Assembly: GCA_947175555.1 (NCBI GenBank)
Contig: CAMWNK010000004.1
Location: 1-49,754 of the forward strand
DNA length: 49,754 nucleotides
Source: an uncultured Clostridia bacterium
Lineage (GTDB): Bacteria; Bacillota; Clostridia; Christensenellales; UBA3700
Direction: 5' to 3'
Both the position numbers and the translations under genes were made by a program. Positions within the stretch are counted from its first letter, which is position 1. The number at the start of each line of letters is the position of its first letter. Shown here in pieces: positions 45,415 through 49,754 of this stretch. The notes under the pieces are model-generated. The model did no database searches. It worked only from the letters and a program-made list of their open reading frames with translations, and was not told the DNA's origin.

Positions 45415-45455
45415 CATAATTTTGTAAATCAGTTGAAATAGATAGGTTTTATAAT
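45401..45455 (+). promoter_or_regulatory. Four 11-bp-phased hexamers (TGTAAG/TGTCAT/TGTAAA/TGAAAT) plus a TATAAT -10 element lacking a -35. Candidate OmpR/PhoB-type activator-dependent promoter.
   Basis: Hexamers start at 45401, 45412, 45423 and 45434. The -10 TATAAT is at 45450-45455. The gene's ATG is at 45481. Confidence 0.4.
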
Positions 45456-45480
45456 TCAAGTATACAGGAGGCGTAAGGCA

Positions 45481-47055
45481 ATGGGAATACGATTGGCGAT
45501 AACCGGTGCCAGCGGGCACATGGGCAAGGCGGTAATGCAAGAGCTGAAAGGGCTTGAGAGTATCGAGTCGGTTAAGATATTGTTGCTCAACAATGCAGAG
45601 CAGCGTCGTTACGGGCGCAAGTTCAAGCGCATGTTTGGCAAAAAAATGCAAGTAATATACGGCGACATAGTTGACTACGATAACTGTAAAGAGCTCGTAG
45701 ACGGCAGTGATTACGTAATACATATGGCGGCTGTCATACCGCCCGATGCGGATAAATACGCGGACAAGTGTTATGACTGCAATTACGTCGGGACGGTGAA
45801 TATCGTAGACGCGGTGCTTGCGCAGGCAAAGCAGCCCAAGCTGATACATTGCTCGACTGTGGCTGTGTACGGACACCGCAATTATTTGCATCCTTGGGGC
45901 AGAGTGGGCGACCCGTTGCTTGTATCGCCGTTCGATAACTATGCGGCGGCGAAGTTAAAGGCGGAGCGTTACTTATTGGATAGTAATGTCAAGTGCTGGG
46001 CGGTGCTCAGGCAGACGGGCATATTGTATAAAGATTTGCTTATGAGCAACATCGGAGACGGACTTATGTTCCACACCTGTCTAAACGTGCCGCTCGAGTG
46101 GGTGAGCGACAAAGACAGCGGCGTACTGATTCGCAATATTCTTTTGAAAGATATAGCAGGCTCGGCGGACGACTTCTGGATGAAGGTATACAATATCGGC
46201 GGTGGAGACGGCAACAGGAATACCGGATACGAGACTTTTGACTCGTGTTTTAAGGAGTTTGGCATTCCGACTAAAAAGGTTATGAAACCGATATGGCATT
46301 CTATCCGCAATTTTCACGGAGTGTGGTTTGAAGATGCGGATGCCCTTGAGGACATGTTCCGCTTCCGCAGCGATACGGTTGTAGGTTTTTGGCGTCGCGC
46401 GCTCAATCCTATATATAAACTTGCGCGCATAGTGCCGCCGTCCTTGATATCAAAGCTGGTTATACAGCGTCTGCTTGACGATTATAATTCTCCGCTCAAG
46501 TGGATTAAAGACGGCGAGAAAGGTAAAGTCAAGGCATATTTCGGCAGCGGCAGTAACGTGGAGTGTATGCCGATGACGTGGCAAGACTTTCCTCTGCTTG
46601 CAGAAGGGCGCATAGTAGCAGGAGATATAGATTACGAAGCTATGCGCGACGTATCCAACGTGCGCAGGCTCGGCTATAGGCTCGATCACGGCTATGACGA
46701 GAGCAAGCCCGATTGCGAGCTCGATATTGACGACATGCGTAAAGCGGCTGTATTCCGCGGCGGCAAATGTCTGTCGGAGAGCATGGTAAAAGGCGACTTG
46801 TATACTAAGCTCAAGTGGCAGTGCCATGACGGGCACATATTCGAGGCTACGCCTTACGCGGTAATTAAGGCAGGTCATTGGTGCCCCGTGTGCTGCCAGC
46901 CCGGGGAGTGGGACTTCGACCGTCAGGCAACTTTTTCTCCTTTCTTTGCGCAAGTATGGTACGACACTCATGCAAAAGGCGAGAGATATGTTTATTATTA
47001 CGATGCCGACGGGGTAGCTACATTCAGAAGATATACGGAGGATAAGGCGGCATGA
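45481..47055 (+). CDS. Extended-SDR NAD-dependent epimerase/dehydratase-like protein fused to a C-terminal Zn-ribbon-containing domain
   Basis: Rossmann ITGASGHMGKAV and catalytic YAAAK (YxxxK). The C-terminal ~190 aa include KWQCHDGHIFEATPYAVIKAGHWCPVCC. AGGAGG RBS. Confidence 0.75.
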   Translation: MGIRLAITGASGHMGKAVMQELKGLESIESVKILLLNNAEQRRYGRKFKRMFGKKMQVIYGDIVDYDNCKELVDGSDYVIHMAAVIPPDADKYADKCYDCNYVGTVNIVDAVLAQAKQPKLIHCSTVAVYGHRNYLHPWGRVGDPLLVSPFDNYAAAKLKAERYLLDSNVKCWAVLRQTGILYKDLLMSNIGDGLMFHTCLNVPLEWVSDKDSGVLIRNILLKDIAGSADDFWMKVYNIGGGDGNRNTGYETFDSCFKEFGIPTKKVMKPIWHSIRNFHGVWFEDADALEDMFRFRSDTVVGFWRRALNPIYKLARIVPPSLISKLVIQRLLDDYNSPLKWIKDGEKGKVKAYFGSGSNVECMPMTWQDFPLLAEGRIVAGDIDYEAMRDVSNVRRLGYRLDHGYDESKPDCELDIDDMRKAAVFRGGKCLSESMVKGDLYTKLKWQCHDGHIFEATPYAVIKAGHWCPVCCQPGEWDFDRQATFSPFFAQVWYDTHAKGERYVYYYDADGVATFRRYTEDKAA

Positions 47056-47915
47056 AGATAGGTATATACGTATTTTCCGCTACAGGAAATACTGCAAGAG
47101 TTTGTAAACTTTTTCAAGAGCGTCTGCTTCAAGGCGGAGCGGAGGTTGCGTGGCACAATATAGAGGATTCTTACAGCGAGGACGTCGCTCCTGATAAGTA
47201 CGATACTTTGATATTGGCTTATCCCGTCCACGGCTTCAACGCGCCCACCATTGTAACCGAATTTGCAAAGAAATTGCCCAAGTTGAAGGGTAAGGGATAT
47301 TATATAGTAAAGAGCTCTGGAGAACCTGCTAAAGCCAACAGGGCGTCGTCTGCTCAGCTCAACGGCATACTTAAATCCAAAGGCTACGATATGCTCGACG
47401 AGTTTCATTACGTAATGCCTTACAATATGATATTCAGGCACGACCAGTATATGGTCAATAAGATGTGGAGCCGTGCCTTAGAGGCGGCGGACATAGATGC
47501 GGCGCGCATATTAGAGGGCAAGCGCGGAGAAATAAAGCAACACATAAGACATCGCTTTATATCTAAGGTATTCAGAATAGAACATGGCGGAATGCGAATT
47601 ATCGGCAGACACTATAAGGTCGATACCGATAAATGCGTGAAGTGCATGAAGTGCGTTAAAGCGTGCCCGATGGGCAATATTAAATATGAGAACGGCAAGT
47701 TTGTGTTCGGCAAGAAATGCTTGGGCTGCGCCCGCTGCTCGTTTAACTGTCCCGTAGATGCTTTCAATATATCATTGCTTAACGGTTGGAAAGTAAACGG
47801 AGCCTATGACTTTTCGCTTAAGGAGCAGCCGGATGGCAAATTGTGCAAGTGGTGCAATAAGTCATACAAGCGATATTTTTCGCAAAAAGGCAGCAATAGT
47901 ATTGAAAATCAATGA
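47052..47915 (+). CDS. Flavodoxin-like plus 2x[4Fe-4S] ferredoxin-domain protein (EFR1-family-like)
   Basis: MKIGIYVFSATGNTARV (flavodoxin-type N-terminus), then CVKCMKCVKACP and CLGCARCSFNCP. ATGA overlap with the upstream gene. Confidence 0.75.
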   Translation: MKIGIYVFSATGNTARVCKLFQERLLQGGAEVAWHNIEDSYSEDVAPDKYDTLILAYPVHGFNAPTIVTEFAKKLPKLKGKGYYIVKSSGEPAKANRASSAQLNGILKSKGYDMLDEFHYVMPYNMIFRHDQYMVNKMWSRALEAADIDAARILEGKRGEIKQHIRHRFISKVFRIEHGGMRIIGRHYKVDTDKCVKCMKCVKACPMGNIKYENGKFVFGKKCLGCARCSFNCPVDAFNISLLNGWKVNGAYDFSLKEQPDGKLCKWCNKSYKRYFSQKGSNSIENQ

Positions 47916-47945
47916 TTTGTGTAGTAGAATTTAGTGGGTGATGAT

Positions 47946-48626
47946 ATGAATAAACGCAAGATCTTAATAGCTGAAGACAATACTGAAATTTCCGACATGA
48001 TACGCAATTATCTGCTTAAAGCAGAGTATTCCGTGTATCAGGCATACGACGGATTGCAGGCGATAGAGATGGCGAGCAGCGTGCGTCCCGACTTGCTGCT
48101 GCTGGACATAATGATGCCTGTGTGCGACGGCTTTGAGGTATGCGAGAGCGTGCGTAAAAACATGAATATACCTATTATAGTAATCTCTGCGGTAGTAGAT
48201 GAGGAGAGTAAACTTAAGCTGTTCGAGCTCGGCGCAGACGATTATTTGACCAAGCCTTTTTCTTTCAAGGAGATGGTAGTAAGAGTTGCGGCTCAGCTAC
48301 GTAGATTTTACGAGTTTACTCCTGTCGTCTCCAAGTTCCGTACATACGGCAGACTGACGATATCGTCGGATAGGTTTGAGGCTAAGGTGGACGGAGAGGA
48401 GATAGGGCTTACTTCTACAGAGTTCAGATTGCTCGACTTTCTCACATCCAATCCCAATAGGATATTTTCCAAGCAAAAGCTCATTGACGAGGTATGGGGC
48501 ATAGACGAGTATATCGACGAAAATACCGTTGCGGTTACCGTATCGCGCCTTAGGGACAAGCTTGAGAAGTTGGGCGTCAACGGCATAGCTACCGTATGGG
48601 GCTTTGGGTATAAATGGCAAGATTAA
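47946..48626 (+). CDS. OmpR/PhoB-family response regulator
   Basis: Receiver domain (KILIAEDN, LLLLDIMMP, KPF) and a winged-helix output domain (LTSTEFRLLDFL, VAVTVSRLRDKL, GFGYKW). The ATG at 47946 is preferred over the GTG at 47934. Confidence 0.9.
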   Translation: MNKRKILIAEDNTEISDMIRNYLLKAEYSVYQAYDGLQAIEMASSVRPDLLLLDIMMPVCDGFEVCESVRKNMNIPIIVISAVVDEESKLKLFELGADDYLTKPFSFKEMVVRVAAQLRRFYEFTPVVSKFRTYGRLTISSDRFEAKVDGEEIGLTSTEFRLLDFLTSNPNRIFSKQKLIDEVWGIDEYIDENTVAVTVSRLRDKLEKLGVNGIATVWGFGYKWQD

Positions 48627-49516
48627 GGAAGAGCAGCGAATATATTCTCAGTGTAGTAGAGCGCTTTGCCCGTGATAAAATAGACGAGCCTGTGCGTATA
48701 TTCGGCTCGCGCGATAAGCGGCGCATAATGTCGTCGCTGGAGCGACTCAGACTTCATCTGCTTGCTATGCGTTATATTACGGAAAAGCAGGCGGAAAGCG
48801 ATAAGACCGCTCTTGCGGGCGTATTGCACGACCTTAAGACGCCCATGGCGCTCATTTCCGGCTACGCCGAATCATTGCAGGACGGCATAGGAGATAAGGA
48901 TTATCTCTCCCTCATTATCGATAAAATCAGCAGTCTGCAAAGTATAATCGGTTCTGTCTCCGTAGCTTCGGGTAAGGAAACCGCGGATATGTTCGGCGTC
49001 AAAGAATTTGCCAATGCAAGACTGTATTTTTACGTATTGTTTAAGGGCTATGCCGATATAGCGGAGAGCAGACATATCAACTTTCAGCTCGGCAAGTTTC
49101 CTCGCCTTGCAGGCTTCTACAGCAGACACAGCGATACCGTAGGCGTATATATAAATAAAAGTCAGATGGAGCGCGTGGCGCAAAATATTCTTAACAACGC
49201 CGTTCGCTATACTCCCAAGGGCGGGAGAATAAAGGTTACTTTTCATAAGGGAAAGCAATATTACTGCATTAGCATATCCGATAACGGCAGCGGAATTTCT
49301 CCTTATAAACTGCCGTTTATTTTCGATAGATATTATCGCGCGCATAACGACAGTGGCGGAACAGGTCTGGGGCTGTATATATGTAAAGAAATCGTTGAAA
49401 AGCACGGCGGTACAATCACTGCGCGTTCAAAGCAAGGCAAGGGCACTAAGTTTATTATTAGATTGCCTATAGTTCCCGCTCCGCCAATAGGCAGAGACTC
49501 TAAGAAGTCTCGTTGA
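48614..49516 (+). CDS. Histidine kinase lacking TM segments and a recognisable sensor domain
   Basis: H-box VLHDLKTPMALISGYAE, N-box NILNNAVRYTP, G-boxes DNGSGI and GGTGLGLYICK. Only about 70 aa precede the H-box, and none of it is a hydrophobic helix. 13-nt overlap with the regulator gene. Confidence 0.85.
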   Translation: MARLRKSSEYILSVVERFARDKIDEPVRIFGSRDKRRIMSSLERLRLHLLAMRYITEKQAESDKTALAGVLHDLKTPMALISGYAESLQDGIGDKDYLSLIIDKISSLQSIIGSVSVASGKETADMFGVKEFANARLYFYVLFKGYADIAESRHINFQLGKFPRLAGFYSRHSDTVGVYINKSQMERVAQNILNNAVRYTPKGGRIKVTFHKGKQYYCISISDNGSGISPYKLPFIFDRYYRAHNDSGGTGLGLYICKEIVEKHGGTITARSKQGKGTKFIIRLPIVPAPPIGRDSKKSR

Positions 49517-49552
49517 TTATATCGCTTGATTATTATATTGTTTTAATTCTGT

Positions 49553-49575
49553 ATAATTTACTTACAACTGCAATT
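49553..49575 (-). repeat. Right arm of the 21/23 inverted repeat flanking the 4-gene module
   Basis: cttacaactgcaatt is the exact reverse complement of 45392-45406. The match extends to 21/23. Confidence 0.6.
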
Positions 49576-49654
49576 CATTATCAATCATTTGATGACTATA
49601 ACTATGTCAAGTCTTATACATGAGTTGCATTGCTATTTATCTGCAAATCCAATC

Positions 49655-49687
49655 ATAAAAAAAGTAGACCTATTATAGTAATAGGTC
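49655..49687 (-). terminator. Terminator of an unseen leftward-reading gene beyond the right edge
   Basis: gacctatta-tag-taataggtc 9-bp stem, followed on the minus strand by TACTTTTTTT. Confidence 0.5.
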
Positions 49688-49754
49688 CTTAATATTTACT
49701 ACATTATAATACTTTTAATTGATATAAGCAACATATAATGCTCTTTTTTAACTT

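Overview
About 49.8 kb of chromosomal DNA, most consistent with an anaerobic Firmicutes/Clostridia-type bacterium. Supporting this are a Bacillus-style dnaB(DnaD-domain)/dnaI helicase-loader pair, yaaO-like/tmk/holB/yaaT synteny, rex, adhE, class 1B pyrK/pyrD, and surface proteins with Listeria-Bacteroides and GLUG repeats. The housekeeping core is rex-greA-lysS, tmk-holB-ricT, a complete pyrB-pyrC-pyrF-pyrK-pyrD-pyrE operon, an ABC-F protein, ppiB, adhE, trxA, tRNA-Thr(GGU) and tRNA-Ser(GGA). Accessory and host-glycan-type genes are interspersed: a Cys-type sulfatase plus TauE permease, a GH20 hexosaminidase, a BNR/sialidase-like protein, two beta-helix proteins, two very large surface proteins and two adjacent ankyrin-repeat proteins. 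I found no CRISPR array, transposase, integrase or recognisable prophage. The most notable observations are: (1) a perfect in-frame 474-bp tandem duplication inside pyrF; (2) a compact four-gene module (SDR fused to a Zn-ribbon domain, a flavodoxin/2x[4Fe-4S] protein, an OmpR-type regulator, a sensor-less histidine kinase), preceded by 11-bp-phased hexamers and flanked by a 21/23 inverted repeat; (3) an ORF of 54 aa (below the track cut-off) encoding a Zn-ribbon protein, coupled to a 468-aa SPFH-like membrane protein; (4) a tandem ankyrin-repeat gene pair; (5) an orphan promoter-to-terminator unit that could be a small RNA; (6) a near-consensus Rex operator in front of adhE, with rex in the same window. 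Functional calls rest on motifs I recognise by eye. No database search was possible.
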